A stretch of 64,000 nucleotides of DNA from Candidatus Cloacimonadota bacterium (GCA_030445745.1 JASUTE010000005.1:68501-132500), one strand, 5' to 3'. Shown: positions 44,276-54,689, numbered from the stretch's first letter. Notes: generated by a model from the letters alone, not told the origin. A program made the numbers and translations.

Positions 44276-45165
44276 TTTATTTCATATAGCTTGCTGACGG
44301 GAAGCAGAAAAATTTCCCTCTGTTCGTTAGTAATCATCAATGTTTCATTATTTTGGAAGCAAATAGCTTCACACTGTTTGGCTTTTATGGGCAACCAACT
44401 TATTTTTCCTTGGAAGTAGGAAGAATTTTCCTTTTTGAAAATCCAAACTGAATTATATGTTAAAACTGCCAGCTTACTACCATCATCATTAGCTTCAGCC
44501 GCTGTAACCATGCCACCGATATCAAAAGTTTCCAAAGGAATCAATTCACTTTGTTTCTGGGAAGTATCTACTTGATAAATGGTAGTGTAGGTGTCCTCAC
44601 GATGTTTGCTAAGAACAAAAAGAGAATCATTTGCCCAAAAAATCGCTTCGCAATCGAAATTTTTATTAGCAGCGGGAAATTTTTTCTGATTGGGATAGTT
44701 AACACGGTATTCTTTACAGGCAGTAGTGATTCCAGTAAATTCCGGGTAAGGATCTTTGACTTGATAGATAACCAAATCGCGGCGGGCATTGCCGTTGTTT
44801 CCCAAATCGGAAATATAAAGATTTCCCTCAGCATCTGTGGTCATATCTTCCCAGTCCACATTAGCAGCATTTGCTACAAAAATACCGCCTTCATTTTGGT
44901 TATACCACTCCGCCCGTAGAATTTCACCCTGGCTGTTTACCGGGTAAATTTTGTTCAACGAACCAGAATCGTTCAGTGTCCAATACACATTATCCCAGAA
45001 CCTGCTTTTCACAATTGCAGAAGATTCGTCTATTTCAGCAAAATCGAAAGTTGTATAAGCTGCTAAGTCAACTGTTTCTACTTGTGGTAAATCCACTTTT
45101 ATAACGGATTGTGCCGATAATAAAATAGTTAGGAGAAGGAACGTAAGTAAAGCTATTTTTTTCAT
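44272..45165 (-). CDS. Exported protein, probable beta-propeller (SdiA-regulated/phytase-like repeat pattern)
   Basis: 297 aa with signal 'MKKIALLTFLLLTILLSAQS'. It has recurring D/E-x-E-A/G-I blocks ('WEDMTTDAEGNLYISDLGNN', 'DCEAIFWANDSLFVLSK', 'CEAICFQNNETLMITNE'). The family assignment is tentative. Confidence 0.5.
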   Translation of the reverse strand: MKKIALLTFLLLTILLSAQSVIKVDLPQVETVDLAAYTTFDFAEIDESSAIVKSRFWDNVYWTLNDSGSLNKIYPVNSQGEILRAEWYNQNEGGIFVANAANVDWEDMTTDAEGNLYISDLGNNGNARRDLVIYQVKDPYPEFTGITTACKEYRVNYPNQKKFPAANKNFDCEAIFWANDSLFVLSKHREDTYTTIYQVDTSQKQSELIPLETFDIGGMVTAAEANDDGSKLAVLTYNSVWIFKKENSSYFQGKISWLPIKAKQCEAICFQNNETLMITNEQREIFLLPVSKLYEIK

Positions 45166-45178
45166 AAATTTCCCGCTT

Positions 45179-45523
45179 TTAGCAAGTTAAATGAAAAGCA
45201 GCGACAACTTGACTTTCTTTGGATATTCTATTAAATTCTTCCACTGTTTTACCAGTTTTGTGTGATATCAGCTTGATTTTGTTATCATCTAGCATCTTCT
45301 GGAAATTCGTATCGACCTTCATCAAACCGTAATAGCCAGTACCAATTATTACTAATTCTGGTTTAACTTCCAGTAATGTAGGAATATCTTCTTTCTGCAA
45401 AAGATGTCCCTTTTGTCGCCACCAATTGTCTTGTATTTTTCCAGAGGGCCAAATTATCAGATCTTTAACAAATTCCTGGCCATTGATCTGCATTTTACCA
45501 AATGTATATTTCTCTATTTTCAT
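45179..45523 (-). CDS. Mth938-like (DUF498) domain protein
   Basis: 114 aa. 'FGKMQINGQEFVKDLIIWP', 'PELVIIGTGYYG' and 'VVAAFHLTC' match the Mth938/NDUFAF3-type fold pattern. Confidence 0.6.
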   Translation of the reverse strand: MKIEKYTFGKMQINGQEFVKDLIIWPSGKIQDNWWRQKGHLLQKEDIPTLLEVKPELVIIGTGYYGLMKVDTNFQKMLDDNKIKLISHKTGKTVEEFNRISKESQVVAAFHLTC

Positions 45524-46491
45524 TTCAGTGATTCAAAATATAATTGGCTATTATTTTTATTTATTACAAGTTGAAAATTCATATCTTTTGGCTTTATCAA
45601 TTTTATTTCTTCTTTATCTATCAGCTTCCGGTCAGATGGAATATAGAAATATTTTTTTATGCTATCCCAATCCTTATTCCTCAAGGTTCTTATTTTGTTT
45701 AAATAGTAACTAACCCAATTATTTCCTATTTTTGAATCAGGATTAGTTTTGCTTAACTTTTCTCTTGAGACTTCAACATATTTTTGATCTAATTCGAAAC
45801 CAATATAGTTTCTACCAAGCCTTTTAGCAGCTATTGCTGTTGTACCTGTTCCCATAAATGGATCAAAAACAATGTCGTTTTCATCTGTACTCATTAAAAC
45901 TAATCTTTCAAGAAGATGAATTGGAAGTTGGCATGGGTGTGGGTCTCTATTTTTATTATGCTTTATTCTATGTATATCTGTCCAAACATCAGAAACTAAA
46001 GGACCAAAAGGGTGTACTTTAGCTTTTTTACCTCCATAATCCTTTAAAAGGTAACCGGTTTTACGGTCTCTTTTGTGTGGATATCTGATTTCATTAAATT
46101 TTATTTTTTTCTCATCTTTGGCATAAAAAAGAATTCCATAATGGGCTGGTTGTAATGTTTTTCCCATTGGCGCTGTTGGAGCGTCCCAACTAATCCAATG
46201 TTTAAAAAATGCTATTTTATTCAGTATAGCAGAAAAATAAGTTAACCATTTAGGTATATTATGAATATAAATAGAACCGGTAGGTTTTGTAACTCTAACC
46301 ATTTCTGAAATCCATTTTTCACACCATGAAATATAATCTTTAAATTCTAAAGAGTCTTTATAACTGTTATATTTCTTTTTTAAATTGAAGGGTGGATCGG
46401 CAAAGCTCATATCAACAAAATTATCTGGGATTCTTTTAAATAATTCTAGACAATCACCTTGAATAATGGAATTAATCGTATCTTTTTTCAT
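45520..46491 (-). CDS. DNA methyltransferase, beta-class N6_N4 type (motif IV before motif I)
   Basis: 323 aa. Motif IV 'DMSFADPPFNL' lies near the N-terminus and motif I 'VFDPFMGTGTTAIAAKRLGRNYIGFE' near residue 210. 4-nt overlaps with both neighbours. Confidence 0.85.
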   Translation of the reverse strand: MKKDTINSIIQGDCLELFKRIPDNFVDMSFADPPFNLKKKYNSYKDSLEFKDYISWCEKWISEMVRVTKPTGSIYIHNIPKWLTYFSAILNKIAFFKHWISWDAPTAPMGKTLQPAHYGILFYAKDEKKIKFNEIRYPHKRDRKTGYLLKDYGGKKAKVHPFGPLVSDVWTDIHRIKHNKNRDPHPCQLPIHLLERLVLMSTDENDIVFDPFMGTGTTAIAAKRLGRNYIGFELDQKYVEVSREKLSKTNPDSKIGNNWVSYYLNKIRTLRNKDWDSIKKYFYIPSDRKLIDKEEIKLIKPKDMNFQLVINKNNSQLYFESLK

Positions 46492-47459
46492 TTGTAGCTT
46501 TCTAATAATTTTTTAAATCTATCAATTTCATCTCCATGAAAGGTGAAAACATCTTCATAAGCGGTAACCATTCTATGTAAATCACCTTTGCGAACATACC
46601 ATCCAATTCCATCGACAAAACCATAAAATTTTGCTTTAGGATAATTTTGTTTAATCAGTCTATTAATTTGTAATTCTGTTTTTGATTTATCGCCTTGTCC
46701 TGAGGAAGTAGTAGCTAAAAAAGAGCATTCAATAATAATTCTAGGATCATTTTTATCAGGTATAATAAAATCCATTGTTCTTTTACTATCATGGGCATTC
46801 GTTATCAATTCATTTAGATCACCTGATTCATAATTTATATTTAGGTTATCTAATATTTGTCCAATTACAGTTTCTGGATTATTTTTCTTCTTTCCTGAAT
46901 AGCTTCCTTTTTCTTTATACCTAATTATTGTATCTATTAACTGATGAGTATCGAAAGTTAGTTTTCCAATACTTAGCTTTTTTAATTCAAACAGTGGTAT
47001 TGTTTCTGATAAAATTCTTATAGAACTACCTTCAAAGAAAAGATTAACAATTCCTTTACGGAAATATTTATTTCTTCGTACTAAATTATTTATTTTTGAG
47101 TCAGACCATTCCGTAATATTGACAATGTCAATTGTATCATCACACCATTTATCTTTAAGTGTTATCTCATTTAATTCTTTACAATTTATAATTCTGCTTA
47201 AAGTAATTAAGCGTTTAAATGACTCGTTAGAAAATCCAGTAAGTGCAAGTAATGCTCTTAAACCATTATCTTTTTTTTGTAGTAGATCTTCAAATATTTC
47301 TTTTTTCAGTCCGTTATTATCTATTTTATTTTTTACATTCAGTAGTGTTTCTGTTAAAGAAATGATATAACCTTCATAATCTTCTTCAAATTTTGAATTG
47401 AAAAAATAAAATGTATTTTTTTGAACTATCGTATTAACTTTTTCTTCTAGAGTTCTCAT
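46488..47459 (-). CDS. Putative type II restriction endonuclease (PD-(D/E)xK-like core)
   Basis: 323 aa, located between two methyltransferase genes. 'RTMDFIIPDKNDPRIIIECSFLATTSSGQGDKSKTE' resembles the D...E-x-K/S nuclease core with the following GS/K helix seen in DpnII/MboI-like enzymes. The specific family is not certain. Confidence 0.6.
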   Translation of the reverse strand: MRTLEEKVNTIVQKNTFYFFNSKFEEDYEGYIISLTETLLNVKNKIDNNGLKKEIFEDLLQKKDNGLRALLALTGFSNESFKRLITLSRIINCKELNEITLKDKWCDDTIDIVNITEWSDSKINNLVRRNKYFRKGIVNLFFEGSSIRILSETIPLFELKKLSIGKLTFDTHQLIDTIIRYKEKGSYSGKKKNNPETVIGQILDNLNINYESGDLNELITNAHDSKRTMDFIIPDKNDPRIIIECSFLATTSSGQGDKSKTELQINRLIKQNYPKAKFYGFVDGIGWYVRKGDLHRMVTAYEDVFTFHGDEIDRFKKLLESYK

Positions 47460-48694
47460 ATTTCCTTCCTAAAGAATAAGATGTTTTCTTCTTTCATTGT
47501 ATTTCTCATACCTTTTATAGGTTTAATAATATTTTTTTTTAATTTTAGATTATACTTACTACAAGATGCTATAATACTTGTTTCTAGCTTAATTCCTCCA
47601 GTTTGTTTGGTATTTGAACCAATTATCATTACAAGAAATTTACCATTTTTAAGCACTCTGGAAATTTCTTTACAAACTTTATCCATTTCAATAAAATAAT
47701 TTTCTAGCCTTTCTTTTTTGTTTCTTCCCATTAGACCTATCATTTTTTCTCTTAATTTGTTAATATTAACACCAAAATATTCCAAATGTGGCTTATCATT
47801 TTTAAGATAGTCGATGGCAAAAGAATATGGTGGTGACGTAATTACTCCATCTACCGAACCATTATTTATTTTTAAATTAGTAGCGGTAGAATTATCTAAA
47901 ATTTTAAGATTACCTAATTTGCTAGTATTTTTTTTATTAAAATTTAAAACAGTTTCTACATATCTTTTAAGCACTTTTTTAAATAATTGTTTGTGGCTTG
48001 ATTGTTTCACTCTTTTTGAATAACCTAAAGCGTCTAAGTATGCTAATAATACTAAATTATATATTTTCTCTTTCTTCACTAATTGTGCTTTTTTCAACAT
48101 ATCTGGATAAGAATTTGTAGATAAGAAATAAAAGAACTCTTCAGTTTTATCTGTTATTTTGGATAACAGATTAATATCTAAATCTAGGCTTTCATATTTT
48201 ACTTTAGTCATAAATTTACAGAAGGGGCTTAAATCAGCTGCATAAGAGTTTATTCCCATCAAACTTGCCTCAATGTTTGTTGTTCCACTACCACACATAG
48301 GGTCTAGTATAGTCTCTCTTTTTTTTATTCCAATTATATTCATAATAGCTTTAATTAATTGTGGATGAAACTTACCTCTATAAGGAAATAATCCATGTGT
48401 AGCATATCCGGTTGAAAATTTTCCATTTTTAAAATAGTTATTAGTTAATTGTGATCTATTTTTATCATTTTCAATGAAGCTATTATAACATAGTTGAAAA
48501 TGTTTAGTTTTTATATTTCCAATACTTTCAAAATAAGCACCTCTATTTATCAATTCTTTTCTTTTCAACATTTTAAATTCCAAATATGCAAGTCTTAGTT
48601 CAAACAATTCAGTTACTGAAGGTAAAAGAATTATATCCTTTTGAAATATTAGATTTTCAATGTCTTCTAGTTCAAAAAATGTTTTTTTCATCAC
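47456..48694 (-). CDS. DNA methyltransferase, motif I before motif IV, SPPY catalytic motif (N4-cytosine or N6-adenine)
   Basis: 412 aa. Motif I 'ILDPMCGSGTTNIEA' is followed about 165 aa later by motif IV 'GVITSPPYSFAIDY'. The ATGA overlaps the hslU stop. Confidence 0.8.
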   Translation of the reverse strand: MMKKTFFELEDIENLIFQKDIILLPSVTELFELRLAYLEFKMLKRKELINRGAYFESIGNIKTKHFQLCYNSFIENDKNRSQLTNNYFKNGKFSTGYATHGLFPYRGKFHPQLIKAIMNIIGIKKRETILDPMCGSGTTNIEASLMGINSYAADLSPFCKFMTKVKYESLDLDINLLSKITDKTEEFFYFLSTNSYPDMLKKAQLVKKEKIYNLVLLAYLDALGYSKRVKQSSHKQLFKKVLKRYVETVLNFNKKNTSKLGNLKILDNSTATNLKINNGSVDGVITSPPYSFAIDYLKNDKPHLEYFGVNINKLREKMIGLMGRNKKERLENYFIEMDKVCKEISRVLKNGKFLVMIIGSNTKQTGGIKLETSIIASCSKYNLKLKKNIIKPIKGMRNTMKEENILFFRKEI

Positions 48695-50052
48695 AAAATA
48701 TATTTGGAAAGGTCTTCGTCCTTGATAAGTTTGCGTAGTTTTTGGTTCACTATCTTCTTGGTTATAGTCACTCTTTTATATTTTTTAGTTGGCATTTCAA
48801 AAAGGTAGTCTTCCAGAAGTGCATTCATAATGGTGTGTAGTCTACGAGCACCTATATCTTCCATTTTAGCATTGGCCTTAGCTGCGTAGTCGCTGATGGC
48901 ATCAATAGCTTCTTCACGGAAAACTAACTGAACATTCTCGGAGGCAAACATCGCTTTATATTGCTTGGTTAATGAGTTTTTTGGATAAACCAATATTTTT
49001 TTTAAATCTTCCTGAGATAAACTGTTAAGTTCCTGGCGGATGGGGAAGCGTCCTTGCAGTTCTGGTATCAGGTCGGAAGGTTTGCTAGTGCTAAAAGCAC
49101 CTGCTGCAATAAACAAAATATGCGAGGTATTGATAATGCCATATTTAGTAGGAACATTCGAGCCTTCCACTATAGGCAGCAAGTCTCTTTGTACTCCACT
49201 GCGAGAAACATCTGCTGAACTGCGATTATTTTCCATTGCTGCTATCTTGTCTATCTCATCAATAAAGATTATACCGTCATTTTCCACACGCTTTTTAGCT
49301 TCTATTCTCACCTTTTCTTTGTCTACTAAGCGGTTTGCTTCTACTTCAGTGAGATAGTCATAAGCTTCTTTTACTTTCATTTTCTTTTTCTTATCACCCT
49401 TGCGATTGAAAGGTAATAAACCTGAAACAATATCGCCAATTTGCAGATCAATGGAAGCTGAATCAGAACCGCCCATGAATTCCAAATGTGGTTTGCCTGG
49501 TTTTTCTACAGAAACTTCTACTTCCCGATCATCTAAGTTACCGCTATCGAAAAGGTTTTCCATTTTTTTTCGAATACGCTGGTAGCGGTCCTTACGAGTT
49601 TTGGCTTCTTCTTGAGTTTCATCTTTAGGAGCTGGTGGAGCTGGGTAAAGTATATCAATTAGCCTCTGTTTAGCATTGTGCCGAGCCTCAGTTTGCACAT
49701 CTTGCATCATCTGTGTTTTTACCTGATTCAAAGCTATATTCATCAGCTCGCGTATCATCGATTCCACATCGCGACCTACATAACCTACTTCAGTGAACTT
49801 GGAAGCTTCTACTTTAATAAATGGTGCATTTGCCAAACGTGAGAGCCGTCGCGAAATCTCAGTTTTTCCTACTCCGGTGGGACCAATCAAGATGATATTG
49901 TTTGGCATTATCTCTTCACGTAGTTCATTCTGCACATGTAAGCGGCGCCAGCGATTTCTAAGTGCTATAGCTACAGCCTTTTTGGCCTTATCCTGCCCGA
50001 TTATATAATTATCTAATTCTTTTACTATTTTAGAAGGAACTAAATCTTTCAT
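48691..50052 (-). CDS. hslU: ATP-dependent protease ATPase subunit HslU
   Basis: 'PSKIVKELDNYIIGQDKAKKAVAIALRNRWRR', Walker A 'GPTGVGKTEI', 'IIFIDEIDKI' and 'GRFPIR'. The ATG at 50052 lies 2 nt after the hslV stop. Confidence 0.96.
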   Translation of the reverse strand: MKDLVPSKIVKELDNYIIGQDKAKKAVAIALRNRWRRLHVQNELREEIMPNNIILIGPTGVGKTEISRRLSRLANAPFIKVEASKFTEVGYVGRDVESMIRELMNIALNQVKTQMMQDVQTEARHNAKQRLIDILYPAPPAPKDETQEEAKTRKDRYQRIRKKMENLFDSGNLDDREVEVSVEKPGKPHLEFMGGSDSASIDLQIGDIVSGLLPFNRKGDKKKKMKVKEAYDYLTEVEANRLVDKEKVRIEAKKRVENDGIIFIDEIDKIAAMENNRSSADVSRSGVQRDLLPIVEGSNVPTKYGIINTSHILFIAAGAFSTSKPSDLIPELQGRFPIRQELNSLSQEDLKKILVYPKNSLTKQYKAMFASENVQLVFREEAIDAISDYAAKANAKMEDIGARRLHTIMNALLEDYLFEMPTKKYKRVTITKKIVNQKLRKLIKDEDLSKYIL

Positions 50053-50054
50053 TT

Positions 50055-50585
50055 TTAAATTTCCTCTGAAGTGATGTTTTCGTTTGTATAAATACAAATC
50101 TGCGCAGCGATCTTTAAGGATTCTACAGCGATTTCTTTTGGTTTAAGTTTAGTGTATTTGGAAAGTGCTCTGGCAGCGGCCAGCGCATAATTTCCACCTG
50201 AACCTATGGCTGCAATGCCATCATCCGGTTCCAATACATCGCCATTACCAGAAATAAGCAGTAGGGCATCCTGGTTAGCAACTAAGATCAATGCTTCCAG
50301 GCGGCGTAAAATTTTATCGCTACGCCACTCTTTAGCTAGCTCTACCGCTGCTTTTTTTATATTGCCTTTGTATTCATTTAGTTTTTTCTCAAATTTTTCA
50401 AACAAGGTAAAAGCATCTGCTGTGGCACCAGCAAAACCTGCTATAACCTGGTTGTTGTAGAGTTTTCTTATCTTTTGCGCAGTAGATTTTGCTACTGTGT
50501 TGCCCATGGTTACCTGGCCATCGCCAGCAATGGCTACATTTTTTCCGATCTTTATTCCTAAAATTGTAGTTGCATGCATCTCCAT
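50055..50585 (-). CDS. hslV: ATP-dependent protease subunit HslV
   Basis: 176 aa. 'ATTILGIK...[10 protein letters not shown]' contains the N-terminal Thr nucleophile, and '[14 protein letters not shown]' follows. Confidence 0.95.
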   Translation of the reverse strand: MEMHATTILGIKIGKNVAIAGDGQVTMGNTVAKSTAQKIRKLYNNQVIAGFAGATADAFTLFEKFEKKLNEYKGNIKKAAVELAKEWRSDKILRRLEALILVANQDALLLISGNGDVLEPDDGIAAIGSGGNYALAAARALSKYTKLKPKEIAVESLKIAAQICIYTNENITSEEI

Positions 50586-50588
50586 ATA

Positions 50589-52571
50589 CTAACCTTCTTC
50601 TTTTTTGGGTTTTTCTATCTCATCTTGAATACGTTTTTTTTCTTCTTTTTCAGCAACATCTATCTTCATCTGTTTAGCCATGTTATAGCGTTTTTCTACA
50701 GTTGCTTTCTCTTCACCTTCCACATGTTTAAGCACTATGCTATATATTTCATCAGCATCCAAGGTTTCTTTTGCTAAAAGTAATTCCGAAAGTTCATGCA
50801 AAATTTCAAGCCTAGTTTCCAATATTTGCTTAGCTTGTTTATAAGCTTCCAATACTATTTTATGTATTTCAGAATCTACTATCTCCGCAGTTTTCTCGCT
50901 CATACCTTCTTGCTGGTTTATTTCCTTGCCTAAGAATACCTGAGAGTTTTCTTTACCAATCATCATAGGGCCAATTTCAGAACTCATACCCCATTTGCAA
51001 ACCATTTGTTTAGCCAGGTCGGTAGCCCGTTGAATATCGTTAGAAGCTCCGGTAGAGATATCTTTCAACACTATTTCTTCAGCTGCTCGGCCACCCATAA
51101 GCCCCACTATCGATTGTTCCAAGTAAGTTTTGGTATATTTGCTTTTATCTGTTTGCAAGAAATGAGTAGCTCCGCCAGTGAATCCCCTGGGAATAATAGT
51201 TACTTTGTGGATTGGTTCAGTTTTATCTAAGAAAACAGAGCACAAAACATGACCAATTTCGTGGATGGCAGTACTGCGCTTGTCTTCTTCAGTTATAACT
51301 CTGCTTTTGCGAGCTTTACCCAAAGTTACTTTATCTTTTGCCTCTTCAAAATCGGCGTTTTCAATCTTTTTTTTGCTTCTTCTAGCTGCCAGAAGTGCTG
51401 CTTCATTAACTAGGTTAGCAAGATCGGCACCACTAAAGCCAGGAGTGCCGCGAGCTACCAATTGCAGACTCACATCTTTTGCCAATGGCAATTTTTTTGT
51501 GTGCACTTTTAGAATTTCAAACCTGCCTTTTATATCCGGCAAATCTACCACTACTTGGCGGTCGAAACGACCAGGACGAAGCAGCGCTGGGTCTAAAACA
51601 TCGGGTCTGTTAGTGGCAGCAATAACTATCACAGAATCATTGGGTTCAAAACCATCCATTTCTACCAAAAGCTGGTTCAAGGTTTGCTCACGCTCGTCAT
51701 GTCCACCTCCCAAGCCGGCACCACGATGACGTCCCACGGCATCTATCTCATCGATAAACAAGATGCAGGGAGCATTTTTCTTAGCATCTCGGAACATATT
51801 TCTTACTCTAGATGCGCCTACTCCTACGAACATTTCCACAAAATCGGAACCACTTATATTGTAGAATGGTACTTTGGCTTCACCGGCTACAGCTTTGGCC
51901 AACAAGGTTTTACCTGTACCAGGTCTTCCCAGTAACATAACCCCACGAGGTATGCGACCACCTAAACTTTGAAATTTCTTAGGGGCTTTTAAAAATTCAA
52001 TGATCTCCTCTAATTCCTCTTTAGCTTCATCTACACCTGCTACATCTTTAAAAGTAACATTGGTTTTACCGCCCATGAAAAGTCTGGCTGTATTTTTCCC
52101 AAAATTTAGGGCTTGATTAGCTCCACCACGCATTCCGCGCATCATGAAAATCCAAAAACCTATGAAAATAAGGAAAGGTAAGAAATTCAAGAATATAGCT
52201 AAGAACTGCGAAGGTTTTTGAGAACTTACATTTACTCCAGCATCTGTAAGCTGATTGGTAAAATCGGAATCTGGTTGAAAGGGTAGATAGGTTGTGTATT
52301 GCTGGCCATCTTCTGTTTTAAAACTAACCTGCTTATCGCTTATTTGTGCCTCTTCAACTCTACCGCTTTTGTAAAGCTGCTGAAACTGACTAAAAGTTGC
52401 CTCTTTTACATTTCCCTGTCCTAAATTTGTAATTTGGAACATAACTATAACCAAGAGGATTATTACCAACCAGAAGGTAATGGTCTGAGAGCGCTTCATG
52501 CGAGGTGGTTTCTTGTTTTGGTTATTATTATTTTGATTATTATTATTTTGGGGCTTTCTTGGGTTTTCCAT
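50589..52571 (-). CDS. ftsH: ATP-dependent zinc metalloprotease FtsH
   Basis: 660 aa. Two TM helices, Walker A '[13 protein letters not shown]', SRH '[20 protein letters not shown]' and the zinc motif 'HEIGH'. Confidence 0.98.
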   Translation of the reverse strand: MENPRKPQNNNNQNNNNQNKKPPRMKRSQTITFWLVIILLVIVMFQITNLGQGNVKEATFSQFQQLYKSGRVEEAQISDKQVSFKTEDGQQYTTYLPFQPDSDFTNQLTDAGVNVSSQKPSQFLAIFLNFLPFLIFIGFWIFMMRGMRGGANQALNFGKNTARLFMGGKTNVTFKDVAGVDEAKEELEEIIEFLKAPKKFQSLGGRIPRGVMLLGRPGTGKTLLAKAVAGEAKVPFYNISGSDFVEMFVGVGASRVRNMFRDAKKNAPCILFIDEIDAVGRHRGAGLGGGHDEREQTLNQLLVEMDGFEPNDSVIVIAATNRPDVLDPALLRPGRFDRQVVVDLPDIKGRFEILKVHTKKLPLAKDVSLQLVARGTPGFSGADLANLVNEAALLAARRSKKKIENADFEEAKDKVTLGKARKSRVITEEDKRSTAIHEIGHVLCSVFLDKTEPIHKVTIIPRGFTGGATHFLQTDKSKYTKTYLEQSIVGLMGGRAAEEIVLKDISTGASNDIQRATDLAKQMVCKWGMSSEIGPMMIGKENSQVFLGKEINQQEGMSEKTAEIVDSEIHKIVLEAYKQAKQILETRLEILHELSELLLAKETLDADEIYSIVLKHVEGEEKATVEKRYNMAKQMKIDVAEKEEKKRIQDEIEKPKKEEG

Positions 52572-53108
52572 CTATGTATAAATCTCCTTTTTTAAAATTC
52601 CTACGTAAGGTAAATTACGATATTTTTCAGCAAAATCTAATCCGTAACCTACCACAAATTCGTTTTCTATTTCATAACCAACATAGTCTAATTTTAAATC
52701 AATTTTATGAGCTTCGGGTTTGTCCAAGAGTGTGCAAATTTTCAACGAAGCTGGATTATGTTTTTGCAGATATTTAAAAATATAATCTAAAGTAAGGCCG
52801 GTGTCAACAATATCTTCCACAATTATCACATCCTGGTTTACAATATCAACATCAATATCTTTACGAATTTTCACCACACCAGAAGATTGAGTGCTGTTGC
52901 CATAGCTAGAGATCGACATAAAATCTATCTTCACAGGTACCGATATAGTGCGCATTAAATCGCTCAAAAAAACTACAGCTCCACGCAATATGCAGACCAG
53001 TATGGGGGTTTTGTCTTTATAATCTTGGGAAATTTGTTTCCCTAGTTTTTCTATTTTTTTCTGAATTGTTTTTTCATCTAACAATATTTTCTTTAAATCT
53101 TTTTCCAT
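52572..53108 (-). CDS. hpt: Hypoxanthine phosphoribosyltransferase
   Basis: 178 aa. PRPP motif 'VIIVEDIVDTGLTL' and 'YVGYEIENEFVVGYGLDF'. Confidence 0.94.
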   Translation of the reverse strand: MEKDLKKILLDEKTIQKKIEKLGKQISQDYKDKTPILVCILRGAVVFLSDLMRTISVPVKIDFMSISSYGNSTQSSGVVKIRKDIDVDIVNQDVIIVEDIVDTGLTLDYIFKYLQKHNPASLKICTLLDKPEAHKIDLKLDYVGYEIENEFVVGYGLDFAEKYRNLPYVGILKKEIYT

Positions 53109-53109
53109 G

Positions 53110-54543
53110 CTATTTTTTTCTTATCCTTTCCGCTTTTCGGGTTTTTTTCCTGGAAATTTTTTCCAATTTTATCTTCAAGATATTATCTGTATTCTGGGTT
53201 ATAGCCAATCTATCGTCTATACGATAACCGCAAACCCATATAATTTTCTTATTATCACAGAACAAAACTACCTTATCTCTCTCAAATTTTGGGACTTTTT
53301 CGTCAATAAAAAAATCCTTTAATTTCTTGGAATGATGCATTCCCAGAGGTTTGAATCTGTCACCAGGTTGACGATGCCTAATCTTAAGCGGAAATTCAAG
53401 TTTGTCTAAATCTAAATATGCTGTATATTTATCTTCGTATAAATATTTTGTTTTTGGCAGCTTTTTCAATTTTTTCATTATTATCCTATAATCTTCAAAA
53501 CTGCTACGATTACGAATTCTGTCGATATCTTTGCTGTTGTCTTTGTTATCGTATTCTAAAATTTGCTTATTAGCAAAAATTAGTTTATCATATTCTTTTA
53601 AGACTACAATATCATGAGGCAGATCTACCTGTTTGCTGCCTTCTGAATCCAGAACTGCCTCTATTTCTTCAAAGTTGGAAGAATAAAAATCTTTATCAGT
53701 ACCGGTAAAATTTTGGTAGGCTAGCCTGTAAAGATAGTAGCGTAAAGCAGAAAGAGTTTTCTGCAGAGTTTCAATGGAAAGCACCAGCTTGTCGTCTTTT
53801 TCGTGCAAAGTTGCCTTGTTTAAACTGCGGGCTGCCAGTTGCTGCATAATTTGGTCGGTTTCAGCAAAAATATTAGCTGTCTGGTAGAGTTTGTTCACAA
53901 TATCGGCATTCAAGTTTTCTTCCAACCAGGGTAGTAGCACATTACGCAATTTATTACGTGTGTAAGTATTTTGTTGGTTTGTACTATCTTCGCGCCAGCT
54001 TATCTTTTGTTGCTTTAAGTAGGAAGTAATTTCGCTGCGTGAAAAGGGCAGAAGAGGATGAACTATCTCGCCGGTTTGTGGTTCAATTCCTTTTAGGCCT
54101 GTATAGCCAGATCCTCGAAAAAGGCGAAAGAGAATTGTTTCAGCTTGGTCTTTCCGATTATGTCCCAGAGCGATTTTATTCATTTTATATAGTTTTGCTA
54201 CTTTTCGGAAAAATTTAAAACGAATTTCACGGGCATTATTTTCTACTCCACTGCTACTTTCCAAATCGCAATTTTCTACCACCAGTGATATATTTCTATG
54301 AAAACAAAACTGTTTTACGAATTCTTCATCCTGTTGCGATTCCTCTGCGCGCAGATTGTAGTTTATGTGAACAGCTAGCAGATTGAGTTTGTAATGACTT
54401 TTCAGTTGCCATAAAGCAGTTAGCAAAGCTGTGGAATCGGCTCCACCGGAATAGCCAACCAAGATCTTATCACCATTTTTAAGCAAACCTTTGTCAAAAA
54501 CAAATTCTTCGAACTTTCGTAGAAAACTTTGTTTATTTCCCAT
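53110..54543 (-). CDS. tilS: tRNA(Ile)-lysidine synthase
   Basis: PP-loop 'ILVGYSGGADS', 'ALGHNRKDQAETILFRLFRGSG', and a C-terminal TilS domain. I prefer the ATG at 54543 over the TTG at 54573. Confidence 0.92.
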   Translation of the reverse strand: MGNKQSFLRKFEEFVFDKGLLKNGDKILVGYSGGADSTALLTALWQLKSHYKLNLLAVHINYNLRAEESQQDEEFVKQFCFHRNISLVVENCDLESSSGVENNAREIRFKFFRKVAKLYKMNKIALGHNRKDQAETILFRLFRGSGYTGLKGIEPQTGEIVHPLLPFSRSEITSYLKQQKISWREDSTNQQNTYTRNKLRNVLLPWLEENLNADIVNKLYQTANIFAETDQIMQQLAARSLNKATLHEKDDKLVLSIETLQKTLSALRYYLYRLAYQNFTGTDKDFYSSNFEEIEAVLDSEGSKQVDLPHDIVVLKEYDKLIFANKQILEYDNKDNSKDIDRIRNRSSFEDYRIIMKKLKKLPKTKYLYEDKYTAYLDLDKLEFPLKIRHRQPGDRFKPLGMHHSKKLKDFFIDEKVPKFERDKVVLFCDNKKIIWVCGYRIDDRLAITQNTDNILKIKLEKISRKKTRKAERIRKK

Positions 54544-54689
54544 CTCATAGCCGCCTATCTTCTTATAAAACAAAAATATTTTCTAACATTTTAAAAGTAC
54601 GAAGTTTTGTGTCAAATAAAAAGCTTGTAATAAATACCGAATTTAAATATTTTGCATAAAAAGAGATAAAAAACAAAAAGGAGAGATCC

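Noticed and set aside
51265-51729. 154-aa plus-strand ORF opposite ftsH.
   Set aside because: It is antisense to the AAA+ core of FtsH. The Ser/Leu/Arg-rich translation is typical of a mirror frame.
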